Assembly (NCBI GenBank): GCA_964402425.1
Contig: CAYOCD010000003.1
Span: 4,608-68,607 of the forward strand
Direction: 5' to 3'
Length of the DNA: 64,000 bases
Source: an uncultured Gammaproteobacteria bacterium
Lineage (GTDB): Bacteria; Patescibacteriota; Patescibacteriia; UBA9934; GWF2-40-263
The position numbers and the translations under genes are program-made. Below the pieces are notes generated by a model. It saw only the letters and a list, made by a program, of their open reading frames with translations, did no database searches and was not told the DNA's origin. Shown here one piece after another: positions 9,968-19,159 of this stretch. Within the stretch, counting starts at the first letter, position 1; every line of letters begins with the position of its first letter.

Positions 9968-12607
9968 CTACCCTTCCCCAAACAATCCCTGAACATCCTC
10001 CCATGTCAGATCTTTAAATCCTTCTGCCGCATCAGAAACAACCGCATCAAAAACAGCTTTCTTTTTTTCTTGAAGTGATAAAACACGCTCTTCAATCGTT
10101 CCCTTTGTTACAAGTTTGTGTACGTTTACAGATTTTGTTTGCCCAATACGATGCGCGCGATCCATTGCCTGACGTTCCACCATTGGATTCCACCACGGAT
10201 CATACAAAATAACCGTATCCGCCTCTGTAAGGGTGAGTCCTGTTCCGGCCGCTTTGAGCGACATAAGAAAGACGGATGTATTTGAATCTGTTTTAAATTT
10301 TTCAATAGACTCTGCACGATTGCGTGTCTTTCCTTCGATGGTGACATGTCCGATGGACATCCGATCGAGCTCGGGACGAATCAAATCAAGCATGGAAGTA
10401 AACTGACTGAATAGCAAAATTTTATGCCCACCATCCGCAGCCTCGCGAACCAACTCGAGCGCATAGGCAAGCTTTCCAGAAACATCCTCACCTTTTGATA
10501 ATCGTTTATCAACGAGGGCGGGATGATTACAAACTTGGCGCAATTTTGTGAGCGCCGCAAGAATTTCAATGCGGGAGCGCGCAAACCCTTTTTTCTCTAC
10601 AGCTTCAATGACATCTGCACGAACAGATGCAAGAACATCAGCATACAGCGCCGCTTGTGTTTTTGTGAGTTCACACCAATCTGTCTGCTCAACACGCGGA
10701 GGAAGTTCTGGTGCAACCGATTCTTTTGTGCGTCGAAGCAGAAATGGTTTCACGCGACGCTTTAAATTCTGAAGGGCGTTCGCATCCGCCTTTTCGCGAA
10801 TCGGCCGTTCGAACTCGAAACGAAATGACGTGTGATTTCCCAACAATCCAGGCATGAGAAAATCAAACAACGACCACAACTCATGCACACCGTTTTCAAG
10901 CGGCGTTCCTGTGAGTGCGAGTCTGTGTTTTGCCTGAAGCAACTTCACAGCAAGAGCTGTTGCTGTCTTACTATTTTTTACATACTGAGCTTCATCCAAA
11001 ATCGCATAATACAAAGGAATGGATTGATACTCTTTTACATCTCTTTGAAACAAAGAATACGATGTCACGAGCACGTCTTTCGATTTCGCCTTTTTCAAAA
11101 TTTGTTCTCGTTCTTTTGCTGTTCCTTCAACCGCCACAATAGAAAGTTCTGGAGTAAATTTTTTTGCTTCCGCAATCCAGATGGAAATAAGTGTTTTAGG
11201 ACAAATTACAAGCGACGTCCCCACACCCACAGATCTATCTGTTGAAATAACAGCAAGTGCTTGAAGGGTTTTTCCAAGCCCCATATCGTCCGCCAGAACC
11301 CCACCAAATTTGTATTTGCGCAAAAACAGAGCCCACGCAACCCCATCTTTTTGATAGGGACGCAATTCATTGGCGATTTTTTTTGGAATATTTGGTACTT
11401 CTGAAAGCTTTCCTTCTTTTGCATCCCGCAAAAAGGATGAGATAGATTCAGATGTGTCCGATAATCGAACGAGTTGATTCTCACTTGCACGCAATGCAAG
11501 TTCAATTGCACGCGCACGCGAAAGTTTATGCGTTCCGTTTTTTGACAAAGAACCTTCTTCTGTTAATTGGATCATTCCATGAAGATCTGCACGATTTTTA
11601 ATTTCAATAAAGGAACCATCTGCTGCGCGCACAAATTGTTCATATCCATTTGCGAGACGTTCGATTTCTACAGATGACAACGGACGGTCCGCGCATGCCC
11701 AATTCACAGAAAACGACAACCAATCTTCTCCGGACCCTTCCTGAAAATTCCACTCGGAAGAAATTTCCTGTTCTTGAATATGAGCGATCTGATCAAAGGC
11801 ATCATCTGCACGAATATGATACGACTTTGAAAGATCCAGAAGTCCGAGACGCAAAAAAGTAAACGCCTGTTCTGCAGATATTTCAAAAATTCCTTTTTTT
11901 GATTGTCTAAATCCATTTGCCTCCAGATCCATGCGAGCCTGATGTTCTTCTCTCCAGTCTCTGAGGGCTGTATGCAAAGAATCTTCTGCACCACGCAACA
12001 CACTCTCCTGTTCGATCGGATAAATAATCGGACCGTACACAGCCGACGCTTCAACACAAATCAGATCAAGATCATGATGATAGGTAAATGCAAGTTCAAT
12101 GCGATCAAGAAGATGTTCCTCTCGCCGAACGCGCGGCACGTGTTTTAGTCCAGATATACCACGACCAACCTGTAATTTTTCTAAATGCAAGGCTGTATGT
12201 TCCAGAGATTCAGAATCTGCGTACGTTCCGCGGTTTGTTGCATAGGCATACAATGTTTTTTGCAGATCTGATTCCGCAGAACTTTTCTTCTTTTGATATT
12301 TCTTTAATGAGACAACGGATCTGCGCGCAGCCACAAGCCCCAGCGCCACAACATGTTTACAAACAACATTCTCACGAAACGGACAATCACATTCATAAGA
12401 CAACACCTCTGAACCGTTTTCCGAGACTGTAAACGTTGGATGATACGCATAACTCCCATACACCGTTCCGGTCACCCGAATCGATCCGGATGGTAAGCGC
12501 TCGAGTTCTGTCTGAAGCACAGAACCATCATCCACATAATGTTTTCCACGCCGAAAAGCCTCTGGCGAGGAAACGTTCCGTAATATTTTGGCATCAAAAA
12601 GCGACAT
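9968..12607 (-). CDS. SNF2-family DNA/RNA helicase with an N-terminal SWIM zinc finger
   Basis: SWIM-like CDCPF...CKHVVAL; SNF2_N motifs LRPYQKDGV, DDMGLGKT, DEAQYVKN; a helicase C domain (LLFSQFTSMLD...DPWWNP...QAMDRAHRIGQ). Confidence 0.85.
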   Translation of the reverse strand: MSLFDAKILRNVSSPEAFRRGKHYVDDGSVLQTELERLPSGSIRVTGTVYGSYAYHPTFTVSENGSEVLSYECDCPFRENVVCKHVVALGLVAARRSVVSLKKYQKKKSSAESDLQKTLYAYATNRGTYADSESLEHTALHLEKLQVGRGISGLKHVPRVRREEHLLDRIELAFTYHHDLDLICVEASAVYGPIIYPIEQESVLRGAEDSLHTALRDWREEHQARMDLEANGFRQSKKGIFEISAEQAFTFLRLGLLDLSKSYHIRADDAFDQIAHIQEQEISSEWNFQEGSGEDWLSFSVNWACADRPLSSVEIERLANGYEQFVRAADGSFIEIKNRADLHGMIQLTEEGSLSKNGTHKLSRARAIELALRASENQLVRLSDTSESISSFLRDAKEGKLSEVPNIPKKIANELRPYQKDGVAWALFLRKYKFGGVLADDMGLGKTLQALAVISTDRSVGVGTSLVICPKTLISIWIAEAKKFTPELSIVAVEGTAKEREQILKKAKSKDVLVTSYSLFQRDVKEYQSIPLYYAILDEAQYVKNSKTATALAVKLLQAKHRLALTGTPLENGVHELWSLFDFLMPGLLGNHTSFRFEFERPIREKADANALQNLKRRVKPFLLRRTKESVAPELPPRVEQTDWCELTKTQAALYADVLASVRADVIEAVEKKGFARSRIEILAALTKLRQVCNHPALVDKRLSKGEDVSGKLAYALELVREAADGGHKILLFSQFTSMLDLIRPELDRMSIGHVTIEGKTRNRAESIEKFKTDSNTSVFLMSLKAAGTGLTLTEADTVILYDPWWNPMVERQAMDRAHRIGQTKSVNVHKLVTKGTIEERVLSLQEKKKAVFDAVVSDAAEGFKDLTWEDVQGLFGEG

Positions 12608-12655
12608 ATCCGTGGAAGTGTAGCGGAGATCGATAAGAATGAACAGGGGGAAAAG

Positions 12656-12690
12656 AAAACCGCTCGTATGAGCGGTTTTATTTTTTTGCT
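12656..12690 (-). terminator. Hairpin plus T-run terminator (usable from either strand) at the 3' end of the 12678..13670 gene
   Basis: accgctcgtatgagcggt flanked by A/T runs. Confidence 0.5.
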
Positions 12691-13670
12691 CGATCTGTAA
12701 GCACCTCTGCTGTGAGGTGTTTCAACTCTTTACGCAACCTCCATGCTCGTTCAATCATTTTTTCTGGATGCTCATACAAATCCATGCGTTCTAAATTTTT
12801 TTCCAAATGCTTACGATCTTCAGAGAAATTAAATTTTTTAATGTTTTCTTGTAGGTCGTTGGTAATATTTTGAACAAGAGGAATAATTTTTTCGATGTGT
12901 TCATTTGAGATTGTACCGCTCAACAGCGTCTCATCAGGCAATTCTAAAACCCCTGCCATCCCAAGTTCTTGCAACCAAGGAATGATTTGGCGATCTTCGT
13001 TTATTCCAGAAGACTCCCCATCATTTTTTGGGTAATGAAACTGTCGAGAATAAAAAAGAGATGTTGCTTCCCACTTCCTTGCATCTGGAAACGCAAGTGT
13101 GAAAAATCCAAGTGCAGCCATCTGAGATTTTCCAGATGCTCCCATTTCATCCACGATCAAAACAGATTTTCCATCAAACGATTTCTGAAAAATTTTTTGA
13201 AGCTCTTCACTCACTTCCATGTGTTCAACCATGGAATTTTGCCATTCTCTTGGAATTTGATTTGTCTGAAACCAGACATCTTTTTCTTCCGCATCAATCA
13301 CTGTATGACGAAGAAGATCTGATGTAGAACCGACCGTTCCATGATCATACGAACCCCAATATCGAGAACGCAATAAATGCGCAACACCATCATGTACATG
13401 TGATGACGTACCAATATTCACATACTTTACATCTGGTTTCTTTTCTTCTTGATACATTCCATTCCACAAATCCTGAAACATCCACGACAAAGGTCGTGCG
13501 CTTCGATCAAGAAAAACAAGAGCATCAACTTTGCGATCATGAACAACCTCCACAAATCGTTCCATACGCTCTTTCAATCGCTCACGCGTTTCTGGATTTG
13601 AAAGAATTTCATAGGTTGGTTGTTTTTCTAATTCTGGAACATAACCAAATTCCATTCCCATTCGTTTCAT
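12678..13670 (-). CDS. Hypothetical protein, possibly a phosphoribosyltransferase-like fold
   Basis: 330 aa. KSVLIVDEMGASGKS resembles a PRTase PRPP-binding loop. This is a weak call. Confidence 0.45.
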   Translation of the reverse strand: MKRMGMEFGYVPELEKQPTYEILSNPETRERLKERMERFVEVVHDRKVDALVFLDRSARPLSWMFQDLWNGMYQEEKKPDVKYVNIGTSSHVHDGVAHLLRSRYWGSYDHGTVGSTSDLLRHTVIDAEEKDVWFQTNQIPREWQNSMVEHMEVSEELQKIFQKSFDGKSVLIVDEMGASGKSQMAALGFFTLAFPDARKWEATSLFYSRQFHYPKNDGESSGINEDRQIIPWLQELGMAGVLELPDETLLSGTISNEHIEKIIPLVQNITNDLQENIKKFNFSEDRKHLEKNLERMDLYEHPEKMIERAWRLRKELKHLTAEVLTDRAKK

Positions 13671-13675
13671 ATCTT

Positions 13676-15043
13676 TTACGACAAATCAACCGTCATTCCC
13701 TCTTTTGGAATCAAGACTTCCGTTTTTAACTCTTTACGAAGATGCTCCGCGAACTCAACTTTTGCATCCTCGTCTCCATGTACAAGGAAAATCTTTTTTG
13801 GCATCACACCATCTTCCGGTTTCATCCAACGCGTTAATTTGTTCTGGTCACCATGCGCAGAGAATGCACCGATTCCCTTAATCTTTGCACGTACAACTAC
13901 TGGTTGACCATAAATGCGCACTGTCTTTGCTCCTTCAAAAATCTGACGACCAATCGTTCCTACCGCTTGATAACCAATCACAAGAATCATCGTTGTTTCA
14001 AGCGGAAGATAGCGCTGAAGATGATGCATAATGCGACCACCATTCATCATTCCAGAACCAGCAATGATGATTTTTGGTGATGGAGCGTCGTTGATTGCTT
14101 TTGATGCGTCTACTGAAAGAGTTTCGTGTAAATTTGGAAATGAAAAGAAATCACGATCCGGTTCATCCAAAATCGGTGACTGAAATCGCAAATAAGCTTT
14201 AAAATCTCGATACAACTGCGTTGCTTTAATAGCCATGGGGCTATCAAGATAAATCGGTGCTTTTGTTTTTAAATCACGTAAAATCAAATCCATTTCATAC
14301 AACACCTCTTGTGTACGTTCGATCGAAAATGCGGGGATCAACAAAACACCATTATGTTGAAGCGTTTCAATCATTGCTTCTTTCAATAAACTTGAACGTG
14401 TTACTGGATCTTCGTGCACCTTATGCCCATACGTTGATTCGCATACGACAACATCCGCATGTGAAATTGGATCTGTAGATGGAAGAATTGGCACATCATC
14501 ATTTCCAATATCCCCAGAAAACACGACTCGTTTTCCTTCTGCTTCAACGGAAATATATGCGGAACCAAGCACGTGCCCTGCATCATGAAACATAACGATT
14601 ATTCCAGGTGCTACCGTAATTGCTTCGTGGTAGGCAACTTGTTTGGTCTGATCAAACACTCCATGCAAATCTTCCAGATCATACAGAGTGGAACTTCCGC
14701 ATTTTTTTGCATCCTCCTCCATGATGTGATGTGCATCCTCTAACACTAATCGTGAAAGACTCAGACAAGGTTCAGTCATGTGAATCTTTCCCGCAAACCC
14801 CGCTTTTACAAGCACAGGTAATCGTCCAGTGTGATCTGCGTGTGGATGTGTGACAAACACGGCATCAATACTCGACACATCAAAAACAAACGGTTTAACA
14901 TTTTTTGTTGAACAAAGTTGTTCACCTTGAAACATACCGCAATCGATCAACAAGCGATGTTCATGACCATTGGCGTCGTTTACCGTAAGTAAATGACACG
15001 ATCCTGTTACTTCTTCTGCTGCTCCGTAAAAAGAAATTTTCAT
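13676..15043 (-). CDS. MBL-fold metallo-hydrolase, beta-CASP family (RNA-metabolising RNase J/CPSF-like)
   Basis: HxHxDH (THPHADHTG), further His/Asp motifs, and a beta-CASP plus RNA-specificity C-terminal region (455 aa). Confidence 0.8.
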   Translation of the reverse strand: MKISFYGAAEEVTGSCHLLTVNDANGHEHRLLIDCGMFQGEQLCSTKNVKPFVFDVSSIDAVFVTHPHADHTGRLPVLVKAGFAGKIHMTEPCLSLSRLVLEDAHHIMEEDAKKCGSSTLYDLEDLHGVFDQTKQVAYHEAITVAPGIIVMFHDAGHVLGSAYISVEAEGKRVVFSGDIGNDDVPILPSTDPISHADVVVCESTYGHKVHEDPVTRSSLLKEAMIETLQHNGVLLIPAFSIERTQEVLYEMDLILRDLKTKAPIYLDSPMAIKATQLYRDFKAYLRFQSPILDEPDRDFFSFPNLHETLSVDASKAINDAPSPKIIIAGSGMMNGGRIMHHLQRYLPLETTMILVIGYQAVGTIGRQIFEGAKTVRIYGQPVVVRAKIKGIGAFSAHGDQNKLTRWMKPEDGVMPKKIFLVHGDEDAKVEFAEHLRKELKTEVLIPKEGMTVDLS

Positions 15044-15052
15044 AGACGCACA

Positions 15053-15529
15053 TTAACGAAAAAACGATTTGATCCGAGAAAAAACTGAATGAAAATGATT
15101 TTCTTTATGAGCAAGCAACATAGTCGCTGTAATAAAACCAAGCATGGAAAGTTGCGATAAAACACAAACAACACACCATGCGTGCAAAATAAACGCCTCA
15201 ACAGATGTTAAATACAAACTAAATCCAAACCCTCCACAGGCAAGGGCAAGCAAAAAGAGCGTAAGAGAACGGTCGTCTGGTGTTTTTAATTTTAAAAGAG
15301 AACCGATCAGCAAAAACGTATAACCAATCAATCCAATCAATGCAACAGAAACACCAAAAAATTCTGAAAACGGACCTTTGTTTACAACATCACAGTTGAT
15401 TGTGCTATTAATATTACAAATTGCACCGGATGCAAATCCGCGATTATGTAAAAATGCGTACGTAGACAACGAAACCCCTACGATCGAAAATCCAATCATG
15501 AAATAGAGAAGTTTTTTCATAGAGTACAC
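15053..15529 (-). CDS. Vitamin K epoxide reductase (VKOR) family membrane protein
   Basis: Loop cysteine pair (CNINSTINC) and CVVC active-site motif in a TM helix. 4-5 predicted TM segments. Confidence 0.7.
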   Translation of the reverse strand: MYSMKKLLYFMIGFSIVGVSLSTYAFLHNRGFASGAICNINSTINCDVVNKGPFSEFFGVSVALIGLIGYTFLLIGSLLKLKTPDDRSLTLFLLALACGGFGFSLYLTSVEAFILHAWCVVCVLSQLSMLGFITATMLLAHKENHFHSVFSRIKSFFR

Positions 15530-15897
15530 TCAGCTTTTTTTCCCAAATCCTCCAATGTTTGTTCTCCACTGACACGCGTACCGTCTTTAAACTCCCATGT
15601 TGGATATCCCTCAATTTTTGCCTCCTGACAAATTTGATTCATGGCATTTGATCCGGCACTTGAACACTCAACAGAGTTGATTTTGGAAAACGATTTTCCG
15701 AACAATTCTTTTTGTGATTTACAATGCGGACACCACCAGGCGCCGTACATTTTTACCCCCTTATCTGTAAGACACTGCGCAAATGCATCCATTTTCGGAT
15801 CAATAGGGACAAACTGCTTAGTAAGAATAAACGCAAAAAGACCGATCACAACAAAAACGGCAGCGCCATAAAGATACCACGAGGAGGATTTATTTTT
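15517..15897 (-). CDS. Membrane-anchored thioredoxin-like protein (WCPHC active site)
   Basis: N-terminal TM anchor, then AWWCPHCKSQKELF, a thioredoxin fold. It overlaps the VKOR gene by ~13 nt. Start taken at MKNKSSS. Confidence 0.65.
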   Translation of the reverse strand, partial: KNKSSSWYLYGAAVFVVIGLFAFILTKQFVPIDPKMDAFAQCLTDKGVKMYGAWWCPHCKSQKELFGKSFSKINSVECSSAGSNAMNQICQEAKIEGYPTWEFKDGTRVSGEQTLEDLGKKAECTL

Positions 15898-15962
15898 CAT
15901 ACGAGCCCAGTATACACGAATTCGACCTGAGTTAGAACACAAGTTTCAAAGTATCAAACAAC

Positions 15963-16592
15963 CTACTTAGACGGCGCATTCTGACGAATAAAAAGACGAA
16001 TGGGTAATAAAAACAATGCACCAATCACCCCAACGAAGACAACCATCATAATTAATGTCCTAAATCCAAAACTTACTGCCATCACTCCTCCAATTACCGC
16101 GGCCCCAGCAGCACACAAGTCCGTAAGTGTGTAATAAATTCCCCACTCGCTTCCTTCTTTGTGTTTATCAATATGTTTTGTGAATAATGCCATGAAGGGC
16201 GGAAATGCTGCCGCAGCGGAAATTCCACAAATAAATTGTACAACGTACAGCTGCATAGGTGTATGAATAATCAAATAGGCAAGAGGAAGCAATGCGCTTA
16301 TAAGCGTTCCGATGAACATGAACCAAAAATCTACCTGTTCTCCCCGGATACGATCCATAATGGTTGCAAACGGAACTTGAAAAATACTTTTCGTAAACAA
16401 ATAAATAGACATAGCCACACCAACGACCTCTACCGTCCCACCCTCAATAAACCCTGAGATAAACAAAGCAAAGATCGGTCCAATGAATCCAACGCTTCCA
16501 CGCCAAATAATATCAGACATAATAAGAGAACGAATGACAGGGTTCATTCCTTGTAAAAAATATTGCCTCCAAAAAATAGCGCGTTGTTTCAT
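15963..16592 (-). CDS. Half-size (6-TM) MFS-like membrane protein, paralog 1
   Basis: Six hydrophobic segments. MDRIRGE resembles MFS motif A. About 50% identical to the adjacent gene. Confidence 0.55.
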   Translation of the reverse strand: MKQRAIFWRQYFLQGMNPVIRSLIMSDIIWRGSVGFIGPIFALFISGFIEGGTVEVVGVAMSIYLFTKSIFQVPFATIMDRIRGEQVDFWFMFIGTLISALLPLAYLIIHTPMQLYVVQFICGISAAAAFPPFMALFTKHIDKHKEGSEWGIYYTLTDLCAAGAAVIGGVMAVSFGFRTLIMMVVFVGVIGALFLLPIRLFIRQNAPSK

Positions 16593-16601
16593 AAGAAAAC
16601 A

Positions 16602-17214
16602 TTATTTCAAACGCATGTATGGACGAATCGGAATCAGAAACAGATTTCCAACAACACTGATCACGACCACAATCATAATCAATGAATGAAAACCAGAACT
16701 TGCCGCCATCACCCCTCCGATCGATGCGGCAATCGCGGAACTGAAATCTGTAAGCGTAAAATAAGTTCCCCATTCGCTACATTCTTTATCACGATCCATG
16801 TGACGCGAAATAATCGCCATGAATGAAGGAAATGTAGCCGCGACTGTTAAACCGTACACAAATTGCACGAAATACAATTGCATAGGAGTATGAATAAATA
16901 AATACAAAATCGGAGTTGTTGCAGCTAAAATAGATCCGATAAATAAAATCCAAAAATCATCTTTTTCGCCACGAATACGATCAATGATCGATGCAAACGG
17001 AATCTGAAAAACACTTTTTGTTAAAAGATAAATCGTTGCAGCAATACCCGCCACTTTTGCATCCCCACCCTGAATATAATCCACAATAAACAAAGAAAAA
17101 ATAGGGCCCAAAAATCCCCACGCCCCAATCCAAATCACATCAGACATAATCATGAACCGAACAACCGTATTCATGTCCAACAAGAAATATTCACGCAAAA
17201 AATAATTTTTTTTC
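16602..17214 (-). CDS. Half-size (6-TM) MFS-like membrane protein, paralog 2
   Basis: Collinear with paralog 1 (MKKNYFLREYFLLDMNTVVRFMIMSDVIW vs MKQRAIFWRQYFLQGMNPVIRSLIMSDIIW; IIDRIRGEKDDFW vs IMDRIRGEQVDFW). Confidence 0.55.
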
Positions 17215-17303
17215 ATACACAAAAGAAAGTATATCAAAAAAGAAGATTCTTCGCCGTTCAATCGGTTGACAAACACGATCTTTTTGCGTATTCTTCCACA
17301 GTT

Positions 17304-18359
17304 ATGAACCTCGACTGGTCAAAACTTCCACGCCCAATCATTGCGCTTTCCCCGATGGCCGACATGACCGACTCGGCGTTTTGTCGTACGGTGAAATATG
17401 TGATGGAAAAATCTGGGATGCAAAATGAGTATTTCATCATGTTCCGAGAGATGGTTTCCGCAGAAGCGGTTGTCCGCGGCAACAACAAAACATTGGACAT
17501 GACCAGCATTCACGCAGATGAACGTCCGCTTGTGCAACAAATCTTTGGAAGCGATCCAGATGTCATGGCAGAAGCTACGCGTATTATTGATCATGAACAC
17601 AACCCAGAAGGATTCGATATCAACATGGGTTGCCCCGTTTACAAACTCGTTTGCAACTTTAATGGCGCGTCGCTCATGAAAGAACCAGAACGAGCTGCAG
17701 CGATTATAAAGGCCATGAAAGCAGTCACATCAAAACCCATCTCGGTAAAGATCCGGCTCGGCTGGGGAGACCCAACAGAATGTTTCTCATTTGCAAAAGC
17801 GCTTGAAGATGCTGGAGCAGATCTTCTTACCGTTCACGGTCGCACGCGTATGCAGGGATATTCTGGCGAATCAGATTGGGAGATGATCCGCAAACTTAAA
17901 GAAGCGGTCTCGATTCCCATTCTCGCGAACGGAGACATCTTTACAGCCCCACTTGCAATACAGGCCTTAGAACAAACAAAATGCGATGGTATTCTTATCG
18001 CGCGCGGTTCGCTTGGAAATCCATGGATCTTTTCACAAATTTTTGAACTCCTCGCAGGAAAAACCCCTCAAGCGATTTCGATCGAAGAACGTGTTGATAC
18101 CATCAAGTTTCATCTTGGACTCCATATTGAGCAGTATGGCGAGAAAGCAGTCACAACGTTCCGAAAACACCTGACTTGGTATTTAAAGGGATTGGACGGA
18201 GCAAAGAAATACAAAGAACGATTGCATACCGCCGTATCCCAAGAAGAAGTTGAGTCGATTCTGGGCGAGATGCGCGTGGATCCAGATATGAAAGACGCGA
18301 TCGCACACAGAGATGCCACACATCCAGATGCAGGCGAGCGCATGAAATTGACAAAATAA
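17304..18359 (+). CDS. dusB: tRNA-dihydrouridine synthase
   Basis: ALSPMADMTDSAFCR...DINMGCPV...KIRLGW, Dus family TIM-barrel motifs. Confidence 0.9.
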   Translation: MNLDWSKLPRPIIALSPMADMTDSAFCRTVKYVMEKSGMQNEYFIMFREMVSAEAVVRGNNKTLDMTSIHADERPLVQQIFGSDPDVMAEATRIIDHEHNPEGFDINMGCPVYKLVCNFNGASLMKEPERAAAIIKAMKAVTSKPISVKIRLGWGDPTECFSFAKALEDAGADLLTVHGRTRMQGYSGESDWEMIRKLKEAVSIPILANGDIFTAPLAIQALEQTKCDGILIARGSLGNPWIFSQIFELLAGKTPQAISIEERVDTIKFHLGLHIEQYGEKAVTTFRKHLTWYLKGLDGAKKYKERLHTAVSQEEVESILGEMRVDPDMKDAIAHRDATHPDAGERMKLTK

Positions 18360-18360
18360 A

Positions 18361-18388
18361 AAAACCGCTCACTCGAGCGGTTTTATTG
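18361..18388 (+). terminator. Rho-independent terminator of dusB
   Basis: ccgctcactcgagcgg followed by ttttatt. Confidence 0.7.
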
Positions 18389-18429
18389 CAAAAAGAAAAC
18401 CCGATCTTGTTAGGATCGAGTTAGAGTCG

Positions 18430-18812
18430 TTCGGCCTGGCGAGCAGAGAGGAGGTTCCACTCGCTCAGGCGACCACGATCAACACGACGCCGTACAGCAA
18501 CTCAAAGTTGCGAGGCGAAGTGGATCTGCGGTTAGTTGAGCATTGGTATGCTCGTGAAAATTCGGAAGCGTACGGCACTTTGCACACACGCCCCCGAACC
18601 TGGTTTGAGTGTTTCCACTCTCGTTTGTCCCCGTATCGCCGACGTATTGACGTCTACGAACCGGGGGGGGAGGCTGTGTCCGTGACCCACACGGAAGAAC
18701 AGCCACCTACAAGACAGAGTGTCGATCAACGACGCAATACTGCTTGTGGGTTACAATCACGCTCCGGCATTGACCTTCGCGTGGGGTATCGGCTGTCGCT
18801 CGCGTCAGGCTT
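18430..18812. ncRNA. Candidate structured RNA or degraded foreign DNA: GC-rich (55-65%) stretch with no credible ORF; strand and identity unresolved
   Basis: Compositional outlier against the ~40% GC background. The ends can pair (GCCUGGCG at 18434-18441 with CGUCAGGC at ~18803-18810, including a G-U pair if read on the plus strand). Internal hairpins such as gacgt-attg-acgtc. I could not match RNase P, tmRNA or SRP consensus blocks by eye. Confidence 0.2.
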
Positions 18813-18843
18813 AAACCTCGAACGCGTGCGATGCCGAAAAAAA

Positions 18844-18990
18844 CTACTTGGCAGCCTTCTTCTTGACGACAGTCTTGATGTGACCACGGAATTCTTTGGT
18901 CTGCTTGAGCATTCCGCAGCTCCGCTCATGCCTGTCGACGGCCTTTCCACCCTTCTGGGTGGAGTAGCCGCACCTGCAAGTGTAAGCCAT
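18844..18990 (-). CDS. Candidate 48-aa basic Cys/His-containing protein (MAYTCRCGYSTQKGGKAVDRHERSCGMLKQTKEFRGHIKTVVKKKAAK)
   Basis: My own translation; below the ORF-track size cutoff. GGAGA lies 7 nt upstream of the ATG. A TTGACA-17-TATTCT promoter sits ~90 nt upstream on the same strand. Codon third positions are GC-rich, like the surrounding island. Confidence 0.25.
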   Translation of the reverse strand: MAYTCRCGYSTQKGGKAVDRHERSCGMLKQTKEFRGHIKTVVKKKAAK

Positions 18991-19074
18991 GCACATTCTC
19001 CATTGGTGTTTTCACACCATATCTCGCCCTTCAGAACGATCGCACTCGCGAATCGATCTTCAGACGAACGAAAG

Positions 19075-19103
19075 AGAATATCAGAAAAAATGATTTTTGT
19101 CAA
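19075..19103 (-). promoter_or_regulatory. sigma70-like promoter: TTGACA, 17-nt spacer, TATTCT
   Basis: The reverse complement reads TTGACAaaaatcattttttctgaTATTCT, pointing towards the 48-aa ORF and GC-rich region. Confidence 0.45.
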
Positions 19104-19121
19104 TGGCTCGTCATTCGACAA

Positions 19122-19157
19122 CAAAAAAAGTTGTCAGATTCTGACAACTTTTTTTTG
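19122..19157. terminator. Bidirectional terminator (8-bp stem gttgtcag/ctgacaac flanked by an A-run and a T-run)
   Basis: It follows the stop of the 19160..19513 minus-strand gene. Confidence 0.6.
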
Positions 19158-19159
19158 AT

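Noticed and set aside
18400-18850. Calling the GC-rich stretch RNase P RNA, tmRNA, SRP RNA or a group II intron domain V
   Set aside because: I found no GGAAAGUCCGG / AGGGUGAAA / GGUAAGAGCGCACC RNase P blocks, no tRNA-like GGUUCGANUCC 3' domain with CCA for tmRNA, and no GGAAGGAAGCAGC SRP motif. Only vague resemblances were seen, so the region is left as an unclassified candidate.
18508-19158. 216-aa plus-strand ORF, plus the 132-aa and 75-aa minus-strand ORFs, in the GC-rich region after dusB
   Set aside because: Their Arg/Ser/Pro-rich low-complexity translations are typical of random frames in GC-rich DNA. They lack SDs and overlap each other. Only the short 48-aa frame with an SD and promoter was kept, as a low-confidence candidate.
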